From assembly GCA_023257935.1 (NCBI GenBank), contig JALRAZ010000029.1:1-42569 (forward strand): DNA of 42,569 nt, read 5' to 3'. The notes beneath the pieces were generated by a model. The model searched no databases, was not told the DNA's origin, and saw only the letters and a program-made list of their open reading frames with translations. Every line of letters starts with the position of its first letter. The first letter of the stretch is position 1. A program made the translations under genes and the position numbers. This stretch comes from Verrucomicrobiota bacterium. GTDB lineage: Bacteria > Verrucomicrobiota > Verrucomicrobiia > Limisphaerales > AAA164-E04. Of this stretch, positions 16,722 to 25,199 are shown one piece after another.

Positions 16722-17567
16722 TCAGGAAAGGATGATTTGAGATAGGGCGTTGCGGAATCGGCGATAGCTCAGGAGGAATAAACACATCGGAGGGATCATC
16801 GCAACGAAGGATCCTGCCATCAGAGCAGCATAGGGAAAACGAAGGCTACTGCCGTAGAGACTTGCCAGCGCTAAAGGAAGCGTTTGCTGAGCGTCCCCCT
16901 TCAAGACGACCAGAGGAATGAGATGCTCATTCCAGGCGAGGATGAAGTGTATCAATCCGTAGCTCAGCAGGCAGGAACCCAGCATGGGCAGCAACAGCCA
17001 GTATGCGCGCCATTCGGTGGCGCCTTCGATGCAGGCCACTTCGAGGTAAGCATCAGGAACCTGCCTGAATGCTTGAGTAAAAAAAAGAATCCCAAGCCCA
17101 CTGGCCATACCGGGAAACATGACCCCCCAAACAGAGCCATGCAGACCGATAAAATTCACCCAATCAAGGAGAGGCACCACTAACATTTGACGCGGTAGCA
17201 CAACCGTGCAGAGGCAAGCCAGCATCAGCAGGGCTCTTGCTCTAAATCTTAGTTTAGCAAAAGCAAAACCTGCCATCGATGTGAGCATCACAGCCCCCAA
17301 GGATTGGCCAAGAGCCATGCACAAGGACAGCCCTAAAACCCGCCAAAACGGGAACCACTCGCCCGCCAAGAGGCGGCGCAAAGGCTCAAGATCCCAACGG
17401 GTGGGCATGAGCGACATGGGCTGAAAAATTTCCTGATTATCCTTAAATATGGACAGGAACATCCATAAGAACGGGTAGGCAAACACCAACCCGATGGGGA
17501 TCAGCAGCCACCACCCCCACGGCCAGGCACCTGGTGAAGGGCCACTGAGACGAGACTCAACCCTCAT
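16722..17567 (-). CDS. Carbohydrate ABC transporter permease (CUT1, MalG-like)
   Basis: YPFLWM, MAGFAFAKLRF, EAA-like loop PDAYLEVACIEGA, AWNEHLIPL, TLPLAL. ATGA overlap with the upstream permease. Confidence 0.93.
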   Translation of the reverse strand: MRVESRLSGPSPGAWPWGWWLLIPIGLVFAYPFLWMFLSIFKDNQEIFQPMSLMPTRWDLEPLRRLLAGEWFPFWRVLGLSLCMALGQSLGAVMLTSMAGFAFAKLRFRARALLMLACLCTVVLPRQMLVVPLLDWVNFIGLHGSVWGVMFPGMASGLGILFFTQAFRQVPDAYLEVACIEGATEWRAYWLLLPMLGSCLLSYGLIHFILAWNEHLIPLVVLKGDAQQTLPLALASLYGSSLRFPYAALMAGSFVAMIPPMCLFLLSYRRFRNALSQIILS

Positions 17568-18460
17568 GCCTTACTTCCTCCAGTTTGCTGAGAGTATTTT
17601 CTGCCAAACCAAGCCATCAACCCAAGGATACCTAACAAGCACGGGGCGATGGCAATCCCCATGGCCGCTGCGCTGCCAAAGCGCCCAAAAGTAAGGGCAC
17701 TTTGATAGAGGTAGGATACAAGCATCAGGCCAGCATCCGCTGTGCCACCAGAACCACCAAGCAACACGTAGGCACCGCTGAAAAGGGCAAAAGCATCCAC
17801 GATCAGGTAGATTAGGCAAAATAGCAGCACATGCCTGAGGCCTGGCAAAGTCACCCACCAAAACCGGTGCCAGGCATGGCGACTTTCTATCTGCAAGGCT
17901 TCATAATACATGCTCGGTATCGCCTGCATACCTGAATGGACAAAGAAGGTGATGAAGCCCAACCACCTCCAAATGCACTGGAGGACGAGGGCTGCGAGGA
18001 TTACATCGGGATCCTTGAGCCAATTGATCGGCTGCCCGCCCAGTGGCATCACAAACCACTGATTGAGTAATCCGGCTCGCCCGTGAAACACCAACAAGAA
18101 AAGTAGGGCAAGGACCGCGGGTGGCGTCAACCCTGGCACCAGCAGGACAAACTGGATGACTGATCGCCAGCGTGATGCAAGACTTTGCAAAGCATGCGCC
18201 AGGACCAAGGAAAGCGGGAGGATGCACAGGAGACTACCAAGGGCGTAGATGGATGTGTTTCTGATAGCCTTAAAGTAGCGGGCATCATCAAGCAGGGCTC
18301 GGTAGTGATCAAAGCCGACAAATGAACCTTCCCCGACCAACGTGTTGGCGTAAAAGCTTAGGCGCACCCCACCTATCAAGGGCACTAACCAAAAGAGTAC
18401 AAAACAGAGGAAGAAAGGCCCGAGCAATCCAATCAAGGATCGATATCGGAGTTGTTTCAT
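17564..18460 (-). CDS. Carbohydrate ABC transporter permease (CUT1, MalF-like)
   Basis: FVGFDHY, AIRNT, GLLNQ, WRWLGF, IPSMYYEALQIE (EAA-like), FWWVTLPGLR, FGSAAAMG. Confidence 0.92.
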   Translation of the reverse strand: MKQLRYRSLIGLLGPFFLCFVLFWLVPLIGGVRLSFYANTLVGEGSFVGFDHYRALLDDARYFKAIRNTSIYALGSLLCILPLSLVLAHALQSLASRWRSVIQFVLLVPGLTPPAVLALLFLLVFHGRAGLLNQWFVMPLGGQPINWLKDPDVILAALVLQCIWRWLGFITFFVHSGMQAIPSMYYEALQIESRHAWHRFWWVTLPGLRHVLLFCLIYLIVDAFALFSGAYVLLGGSGGTADAGLMLVSYLYQSALTFGRFGSAAAMGIAIAPCLLGILGLMAWFGRKYSQQTGGSKA

Positions 18461-18490
18461 GCCGCACTCCTCAGGCGAAGGGGTCCCCCA

Positions 18491-19795
18491 CTATTCACCT
18501 CCAGCCTGGAGCATGGTTCGCATCTGCCGGATGGTTTCTCTAGGTGTGATTTGACCATACATGAGCGAGCTGAAGAAATTCTCCTGAAAAAGAAAGACGG
18601 CCTGAGGACGTTTGGGATGCATCACGACCTCAGGGACCTCAGGCGCCAGACTTGCCAACAGATCGCCAAAGGCCTGTTGATTGAAATACTCCGAAGGCTG
18701 GTGCATGCGTTGATCTTGCCATGCCGGCTTGTAGGCTGGAAAGCTGTTGCCTCCCACAAAGCGCTCCACGTTGGCCTCCTGATCCTCGATCACCCATTTG
18801 ATAAATTTCCAAGCTGGCTCCACACGTTGGCTCTGCTTGTAGATCAGTAAGCCCTGACCAGCGAAGGTAGATGTGCGCCGACCGGGCACGCCAAATCGAT
18901 CCTTCCATGCTGGAAGCGGCATCGCTCCCCACTTGCCCTTCAGTTCGGGAGAAAATTGCTGAATCATGTCCAGCCCATACCAATCGGCACCAATCATGGT
19001 CAGCACCTCACCGTAATTGACAATACTGCTGAAAAAGACCGGATCAAAAATGCTGGCGCGCTCGGGAATCAGTCCGATGCCCTCATCGTTTAATTCGTAG
19101 AGCCAGTTCATGACTGACTCAGCCTGAGCTTCATCAGGAAACATTTTCCCTGCGTGATCGAACCAGTCGCTGCCCTTTTGCCGCAGTAGGATTTCAAAAT
19201 AGGTGGGATCCAAACCAATCAGGGCCTGATTCTTAGCCGCAAGTCTGCGCCCCACATCCACGAAGTCTTCCCAGGTAGCCAGATCCTCGGGTTTGATCCC
19301 GTGCTCCTTGAACAGATCGACGCGATAGTAAAGCACCATGGCACTGAGGGACTGAGGCAAGCCATAGATGGCATCTCCCTGGGCGAAAAGCTTGAGGCGT
19401 TGTGGCACCAGAGCCTGGGTCAATCCAGTACCTTCAAAACGCTTGGAAAGGTCGAGGAACGGCACCTCATCGGCCAGATAGGAGCCAAAGAGCACTTCGT
19501 CCAGTTGCACCACATCAGGAGGATTGGTGCCAGTTTTCATGGCAATCGCCAACTTGTCAGGCATTTCTCGGAAACCAAAAGCCTGGATATTGGCTTGGAA
19601 CTCCGGGTCTACCTTGGATTGGTAGGCTGCTACCATTTTTTCGTAATAGACTTTGTCCTGAAAGGAACTAATCCAGATCTCCAATGGCTCAGCAGCCGGG
19701 AGTCCAACCAAAGCCCAGCCGTGGGCAAGGCAAAAGACCCAAAGAAGGTGAGATGATAGCCCTTGCCTCATCTTGTATAGAGCGTTGCGATTCAT
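18491..19795 (-). CDS. Sugar ABC transporter extracellular solute-binding protein (family 1)
   Basis: KLAIAMKTGTNPPDVV, YGLPQ, LYYRVDLF, TWEDF, GKWGAMPLP, AWKFIKW. Start set at the ATG at 19795 based on promoter position. Confidence 0.92.
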   Translation of the reverse strand: MNRNALYKMRQGLSSHLLWVFCLAHGWALVGLPAAEPLEIWISSFQDKVYYEKMVAAYQSKVDPEFQANIQAFGFREMPDKLAIAMKTGTNPPDVVQLDEVLFGSYLADEVPFLDLSKRFEGTGLTQALVPQRLKLFAQGDAIYGLPQSLSAMVLYYRVDLFKEHGIKPEDLATWEDFVDVGRRLAAKNQALIGLDPTYFEILLRQKGSDWFDHAGKMFPDEAQAESVMNWLYELNDEGIGLIPERASIFDPVFFSSIVNYGEVLTMIGADWYGLDMIQQFSPELKGKWGAMPLPAWKDRFGVPGRRTSTFAGQGLLIYKQSQRVEPAWKFIKWVIEDQEANVERFVGGNSFPAYKPAWQDQRMHQPSEYFNQQAFGDLLASLAPEVPEVVMHPKRPQAVFLFQENFFSSLMYGQITPRETIRQMRTMLQAGGE

Positions 19796-19804
19796 GATGG
19801 TGGA

Positions 19805-19833
19805 AGCATACGCCATGGCTGCTCCCAGATCAA
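19805..19833 (-). promoter_or_regulatory. Putative promoter of the CUT1 ABC operon
   Basis: TTGATC-N17-TATGCT ending 9 nt before the ATG at 19795. An inverted repeat AGATCA-N9-TGATCT (19827-19847) overlaps the -35. Confidence 0.55.
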
Positions 19834-19863
19834 TCCCCTCCTGATCTTCGAGCGGTTCGGTAC

Positions 19864-19892
19864 TCGCTCTTTGCTCATGGCTGCTTCATGTT
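19864..19892 (+). promoter_or_regulatory. Putative leaderless promoter of the sulfatase
   Basis: TCGCTC-N17-CATGTT ending 6 nt before the ATG at 19899; the -35 is weak. Confidence 0.35.
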
Positions 19893-19898
19893 AACCGA

Positions 19899-21407
19899 AT
19901 GCTTCGCCTCGCACACCAGCTGATCGGGTTGATCTGCCTTAGCATATTGGACCTTGCAGCACTATCCCAGCCCCAGCCTAATATCATTTTAATCATTGCC
20001 GATGACCTGGCATGGGATGATTCCAGCCCCTACGGCCATCCCTCCATACGCACTCCAAACCTGGAGCGCATGGCCAAGGATGGCATGCGTTTTGATCGCG
20101 CCTTTCTCACCATCAGCTCATGCAGCCCGAGTCGGTCCAGCATCCTAACCGGCCGATACCCACATCAGACCGATGCCGAACAGCTGCATTGGCCTCTGCC
20201 AGCAGACCAAGTCACCTTTGTGGAAATCCTCAGGCAAGCCGGCTACTGGACCGCTGCAGCAGGGAAATGGCATCTTGGCGAGGCAGTGAAGGATCGATTT
20301 GACCGTATTTGGGAGGCCGACAGCTCTGGTTTTCAACTGCCCTCAGGAGCTGCAGCACAGGCTAATCAATTCGTTGAGTCAGCCTCAGGAGATGCCAGAA
20401 GCGGCTGCAGCCAATGGTTGGAAGCCCTCAACAGCCGCCCCGACGGGCGTCCGTTTTTTCTCTGGCTGGCTGCACTGGATCCGCACCGACCCTATGATGA
20501 AGGCATTCTGGAAACCCCCCATACGCTTCAGGAAGTCCGGGTTCCCCCGACTTTGCCAGATCTTCCAGCAGTGCGTCATGACCTTGCCCTTTACTACGAT
20601 GAGATCACTCGTCTGGATCGATATGTCGGCAAAATCCTGGATGCTGTGACAACACAGGGGCTTGCCGATTCCACCTTGATTATCTTCATCAGTGATAACG
20701 GCAGGCCCTTCCCAAGAGACAAGACAACCCTCTATGACAGCGGCATCCGTACCCCCATGCTGGCTCAGTGGAAGGGACATATCCCAGCCAACACACTTTG
20801 TCCACAATTGATAAGCAGCATCGATCTGGCTCCAGGATTCCTCAGCCTGGCTGGGACCGCCATCCCGGACTCGATGGTGGGCGTCTCTTTCCTCCCCTTA
20901 CTGCGCCAACCCAATCAAGCCATCCGATCCCAATGCTTTGCTGAGAAGCATTGGCATGACTACGAGGATCAGTCGCGAGCCATTCGAACCCTTCATCATA
21001 AGTTGATCCTCAATGAATACCATGATCTTCCCATGACGCCTCCAGCCGATGCTGTCAGAGGACCTGTTTATCAAGCCATGCTGAGCGCAATGAGCAATGG
21101 GGTCTTGCCTCAGCATCAGCAGCAATGCATGCGATTACCTCGCCCCAGAGAAGAGTTTTATAATCTCGACCAGGATCCCCATGAACTGAATAACCTGATT
21201 GATGATCCAGCCTATCAGCGAGTGATCCAGCAGCACAGAAACTCGTTAGAAGCTTGGCGGCAGCAGACCAAAGACCAGATCCCTGCCTACCGCACCCCGG
21301 ATGAATTCAATCGCTTCGATGGTTCGGTCACCGCAGCAAGGATCAGACCGCGGCCTTCCAAAGCAGCTATGAAGCAGATGCGGGAACAACCATTAAAACA
21401 GCCCTGA
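19899..21407 (+). CDS. Cys-type (FGly) sulfatase, N-sulfoglucosamine sulfohydrolase-like, exported
   Basis: PNIILIIADD, CSPSRSSILTG (CxPxR), GKWH, DPHRPY, SDNGRPFPRDKTTLYDSG, EFYNLDQDPHELNNL; signal peptide. Confidence 0.95.
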   Translation: MLRLAHQLIGLICLSILDLAALSQPQPNIILIIADDLAWDDSSPYGHPSIRTPNLERMAKDGMRFDRAFLTISSCSPSRSSILTGRYPHQTDAEQLHWPLPADQVTFVEILRQAGYWTAAAGKWHLGEAVKDRFDRIWEADSSGFQLPSGAAAQANQFVESASGDARSGCSQWLEALNSRPDGRPFFLWLAALDPHRPYDEGILETPHTLQEVRVPPTLPDLPAVRHDLALYYDEITRLDRYVGKILDAVTTQGLADSTLIIFISDNGRPFPRDKTTLYDSGIRTPMLAQWKGHIPANTLCPQLISSIDLAPGFLSLAGTAIPDSMVGVSFLPLLRQPNQAIRSQCFAEKHWHDYEDQSRAIRTLHHKLILNEYHDLPMTPPADAVRGPVYQAMLSAMSNGVLPQHQQQCMRLPRPREEFYNLDQDPHELNNLIDDPAYQRVIQQHRNSLEAWRQQTKDQIPAYRTPDEFNRFDGSVTAARIRPRPSKAAMKQMREQPLKQP

Positions 21408-21496
21408 GCGATTCATGAAATTTTGTGTCAATCTTACCTTGCATCCCCCCGCTCCTATGCTCCACTGAAACCAAGCCAATAGCCTCATAGATCCAT

Positions 21497-22312
21497 ATGA
21501 AACACTCAAATAAGGACTGCCGCTCTATCGCGGGCTTCAATCATCTTACCCTCCTTGGGCTGCTAATATGCGGGATGCACTGGACTCAGGGCCAGTCCGT
21601 GGCGCAGGAACAAAAAGTCACCCCCACCCCAGCAACATCTCATTACAGATTGATGCCGCGCGCCTCGATCGATGGGATTGGCAAAATCTACCAAGGACGG
21701 GAAATCTCTCAGGTTATGGGGCACTTAGGCGCAAGCTGGCTTGAGCGCACCGAACGAGCCTCAGAAGAGCGACCCGACATGCTTGTTGAGTCACTCGGTA
21801 TCAAACCAGGCCAGGTCGTTGCAGACATCGGTGCAGGCAGCGGTTACTTCACTCGCCGACTTTCGGCAAAGGTAGGCAAGGAAGGCAAGGTGATGGCGGT
21901 GGATATCCAGCGTGAAATGTTGGATATCCTACGACGCAACCTCTCAAGCATGGGCATAAGCAACGTGAACATGATCCTCGGTAGCGAAACCTCACCCAAC
22001 TTACCTCCAGCTTCAGTCGACTTGGTGCTGATGGTGGATGTCTACCACGAATTCTCCTTCCCCCACGAGATGATGACCAATCTGCGCGAGGCCCTCAAAC
22101 CAGATGGCCAGGTTGTCTGGGTGGAATACCGTTTGGAAGATCCAAGTGTCCCCATCAAACGCCTCCACAAAATGTCGCGGCAACAAGTGCATAAGGAGGC
22201 CCAGTATCAGGGATTTGAATTTGTGCGGTCGTATGAGAACCTACCTCGACAACACGTCCTTTTTTACAAAAAATCAGACAAGAAGCCCGTTCAAGGTGCA
22301 TCCAAACCATGA
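21497..22312 (+). CDS. Class I SAM-dependent methyltransferase with apparent signal peptide
   Basis: Motif I VADIGAGSG, VMAVDIQ, VDLVLMVDVYHEF, LKPDG; N-terminal hydrophobic stretch ending SVA-QE. Confidence 0.92.
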   Translation: MKHSNKDCRSIAGFNHLTLLGLLICGMHWTQGQSVAQEQKVTPTPATSHYRLMPRASIDGIGKIYQGREISQVMGHLGASWLERTERASEERPDMLVESLGIKPGQVVADIGAGSGYFTRRLSAKVGKEGKVMAVDIQREMLDILRRNLSSMGISNVNMILGSETSPNLPPASVDLVLMVDVYHEFSFPHEMMTNLREALKPDGQVVWVEYRLEDPSVPIKRLHKMSRQQVHKEAQYQGFEFVRSYENLPRQHVLFYKKSDKKPVQGASKP

Positions 22313-23187
22313 TCCATCGATTTCTTACAAACTCATCAAATAAGCCTTCGACCTGGATAGCACTGCTGATGTGTGGGGTGTTCCTGGTTGGTCAAGGACA
22401 GGAGGTCCAACCCACTCCAAAGCCTCAGATTCTGATCAAGACCTCCGAGGGAACCCTACGAGCTGAGCTTTGGCCAGAGGCCGCACCTGAGACAGTTCAG
22501 CATTTTATCGAACTGGCCGAGGGCAAGAAGGCATTCAAGGATCCCCAATCGGGAGAGGAAGTCATGCGTCCATTTTACGACGGACTGACCTTCCACCGCA
22601 TCCTGAAGGACTTCATGATCCAAGGGGGTTGCCCACTTGGAAACGGCTCGGGGGGGCCAGGATTTCAGTTCAAGGATGAGATCAATGCAAGCGGACTGGG
22701 TTTGGACGCCATCAAGGCCTTGGACCTTGATAATGATCGTCGCCCCCATCCTTGGCTACTGATCCGGTCCCAGCAGGATTTTCAGCGCATCGTCCTAAGC
22801 CCCCTGCTTCGCAGCATGGGGATTGAAAATGAAACACAATTCAAAGAGCAACTGGCAAACATTCAGGCCAAAGCGGACGCACTCTCCTTGATGCAGGTCT
22901 ATGAAAATCTTGGGTATATTTTCAACGCTGAGCTTCGAGCTGAAAAGCCGCTCAGAGGTGTCCTGGCGATGGCTAATGCCGGACCGAACACCAACGGTTC
23001 TCAGTTTTTTATCAATGTGGTCGACACCCCTCACCTGACTGGTAAACACACTGTATTTGGCAAGGTCATCGAGGGCATGGATATCGTTGACAAAATCAGC
23101 CAGGTAAAGGCTGATGAAGCAGGCAAACCCCAGGAGCCAGTGGTCATCGAATCTATTCGAGCCGTAGCGAAGGCTGCATCACCTTAA
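22309..23187 (+). CDS. Cyclophilin-type peptidyl-prolyl cis-trans isomerase with an ~80-aa insertion, exported
   Basis: APETVQHF, FYDGLTFHRILKDFMIQGG, LAMANAGPNTNGSQFFI, HLTGKHTVFGKV; ATGA overlap with the methyltransferase. Confidence 0.96.
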   Translation: MIHRFLTNSSNKPSTWIALLMCGVFLVGQGQEVQPTPKPQILIKTSEGTLRAELWPEAAPETVQHFIELAEGKKAFKDPQSGEEVMRPFYDGLTFHRILKDFMIQGGCPLGNGSGGPGFQFKDEINASGLGLDAIKALDLDNDRRPHPWLLIRSQQDFQRIVLSPLLRSMGIENETQFKEQLANIQAKADALSLMQVYENLGYIFNAELRAEKPLRGVLAMANAGPNTNGSQFFINVVDTPHLTGKHTVFGKVIEGMDIVDKISQVKADEAGKPQEPVVIESIRAVAKAASP

Positions 23188-23226
23188 ATCCCTTTTTCAG
23201 GGCTGGTCTTGTCATGCAAGAGTAGC

Positions 23227-23259
23227 CCGCGAGGGAAGGCATGCAATGCCCCCTCGCGG
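23227..23259. terminator. GC-rich hairpin between convergent cyclophilin and htpG genes (possible bidirectional terminator)
   Basis: CCGCGAGGG-aa-GGCAT / gca loop / ATGCC-CCCTCGCGG gives a 14-bp stem with a 2-nt bulge. No clear U-tract. Confidence 0.55.
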
Positions 23260-23291
23260 TGAGATCATACCTACCGTTGCCTCGCTCCAGA

Positions 23292-25145
23292 TCAGGATGA
23301 CTGTGTTTTAAGGACCTGCTCGAGCAGTTCATTCAGCTGACGGACCATGGTCTTGGGATCTTCCACAACGCCGGCCGCCAAACGTGCATTGTCCACAAGC
23401 TGCTCAAGCACTCGGGTGGCAAGCAATTCATTTTGACTCTTCATTTCAGAGAGCCTGACCACCATGGCATGGCGTGGGTTGAGCTCCAGATCCAATGTCA
23501 TGGGACCTGACTCCTGGTTCATGGATTTCATGAAACGTCGCATGCCTGCGGTCATGGTCTTATCGTGATCCACGACCACAGCAGGGCTTTCCACCAACCG
23601 GGTGGATGTTCGGACTTCCTCTACCTTGGAGCCTAACTTTTCTTTGGCCCACTTTGCCAGAGCCTTAGCCTCTTTTTCGCTCAGCGAATGGGACGAGTCT
23701 GAGGCCTCCTCAATGGCCAGATCGGCTTTCTCGGCGGCTGTAAGGGCCTTTTCCTCGAAACGGCCCAGATGATCCATCACGATTTCATCAATGGGATCGA
23801 AGAGAAAAAGCACTTCCAGGTGTCTGGCCTTGAACACTTCGAGATAAGGGCTCTGCTCGGCGGTTTCACGACTTGAGGAGAGCAGGAAATAGATTTCTTT
23901 TTGATCCTCTTGCATGCGCTCCACATACTCCTTGAGGGATGTCCGCTTACCTTTATCCAAGGCAGAACTTTCAAAGCGTAGTAGGCCCGAGAGACTTTCA
24001 CGATGTGTGAAGTCAGTGGCAGCGCCTTCTTTGAGAAAGCGATGATACTGATCGTAAATCTTGTAAAATGTTTCTTCGTCCTTTTTAGCCAACGAATCCA
24101 GATGCTTGAGGAATCTGGATGTGAGCACCTTGTTGAGTTTTTGCATCAAGGCGCTGTCCTGCATGGATTCACGCGAAATATTTAGCGGGAGATCCTCGCT
24201 GTCGACCACCCCCTTGAGGAAACGGCACCATTCTGGGAAAAGCTGCTCCGCCTTGGACTGGATCAAAACCTTACGGCAGTAGAGGTGCACCTCACTCTCA
24301 CTCCTTGCAAGGCCCATGCTTTCCATGTTCTTGGCGGGCACATAGAGCAGTGATTTGATATCCAATGGGGCATCCACTGCAAAATGAAGCTTGGTGAGGG
24401 GGTCTTCGTGATCATGACCAATGTAATGGTAGAACTCCTTATATTCCTCCTCCTTGACATCGCTTTTGCTACGCGTCCAAATCGCGCTCATCTTGTTGAC
24501 GACCTCCCCATTGAGTTCGATCGGGAATGGAACAAAGTTGGAGTACTGCTTGATGATGGACTCGACCCTGGAGGATTGGGCAAAGTCCTTGTCCTCTTCC
24601 TTAAGCTTGATGAAGATACGCGTGCCCCGTGGCGATTCAGCAGCTTCTTCGATTTCGTAGCTGCCGCTGCCCTCTGATAACCATGCATGCCCTGGGGCAT
24701 CGGGTTGGAAAGACCGACTGTTGACCTTCACCTCTGAGGCCACCATGAAAGCGGAGTAAAAACCCACACCGAACTGACCAATCAGGTTCGCATCGGGTTT
24801 TTCTTTGCCTTCGGAGATTTGCTTGAGGAAGGCCTTGGATCCAGAGTGGGCAATCGTTCCGAGGTTCTCGATCAACTCATCCCGAGTCATCCCAATACCG
24901 GTATCGGTAATGGTGATGGTGTTGGCCTGATCATCGGTAGCAATGCTGATCTTGAGATCAGTTTCAGGTTCATGAATGCTCTCACCTGCACTCTGACGAA
25001 ATCGCAATTTCTCACAGGCATCAGCCGCGTTGGAGATTAATTCACGTATGAAAATCTCCTTATCGGTGTAGAGAGAATGAATGACGATATCCAACAATTG
25101 TTGAATTTCCGCCTGAAAGGTGTGTTTTTCAGTCTTTTGACTCAT
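23292..25145 (-). CDS. htpG: Molecular chaperone HtpG (Hsp90)
   Basis: FQAEI..IHSLYTDKEIFIRELISNA, DTGIGMT, NLGTIAHSG, IGQFGVGFYSAF, GVVDSEDLPLNISRE, LELNPRH. Start set at the ATG at 25145 (MSQKTEK). Confidence 0.99.
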   Translation of the reverse strand: MSQKTEKHTFQAEIQQLLDIVIHSLYTDKEIFIRELISNAADACEKLRFRQSAGESIHEPETDLKISIATDDQANTITITDTGIGMTRDELIENLGTIAHSGSKAFLKQISEGKEKPDANLIGQFGVGFYSAFMVASEVKVNSRSFQPDAPGHAWLSEGSGSYEIEEAAESPRGTRIFIKLKEEDKDFAQSSRVESIIKQYSNFVPFPIELNGEVVNKMSAIWTRSKSDVKEEEYKEFYHYIGHDHEDPLTKLHFAVDAPLDIKSLLYVPAKNMESMGLARSESEVHLYCRKVLIQSKAEQLFPEWCRFLKGVVDSEDLPLNISRESMQDSALMQKLNKVLTSRFLKHLDSLAKKDEETFYKIYDQYHRFLKEGAATDFTHRESLSGLLRFESSALDKGKRTSLKEYVERMQEDQKEIYFLLSSSRETAEQSPYLEVFKARHLEVLFLFDPIDEIVMDHLGRFEEKALTAAEKADLAIEEASDSSHSLSEKEAKALAKWAKEKLGSKVEEVRTSTRLVESPAVVVDHDKTMTAGMRRFMKSMNQESGPMTLDLELNPRHAMVVRLSEMKSQNELLATRVLEQLVDNARLAAGVVEDPKTMVRQLNELLEQVLKTQSS

Positions 25146-25153
25146 GGGCAGTG

Positions 25154-25196
25154 AAGTAAAAATAACTTTTGGCATTCGTCAAGTTTCTGACTCCAA
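25154..25196 (-). promoter_or_regulatory. Putative htpG promoter with an overlapping degenerate CIRCE-like site
   Basis: TTGACG(25182-25177)-N17-TTACTT ending 8 nt before the ATG. TTGGCATTC at 25169-25177 resembles a CIRCE half-site; the second half is poor. Confidence 0.35.
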
Positions 25197-25199
25197 CTT

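Noticed and set aside
22681-22920. Cyclophilin insertion as an intein or intron
   Set aside because: No N-terminal Cys/Ser with C-terminal His-Asn followed by Cys/Ser/Thr, too short, and the frame is uninterrupted.
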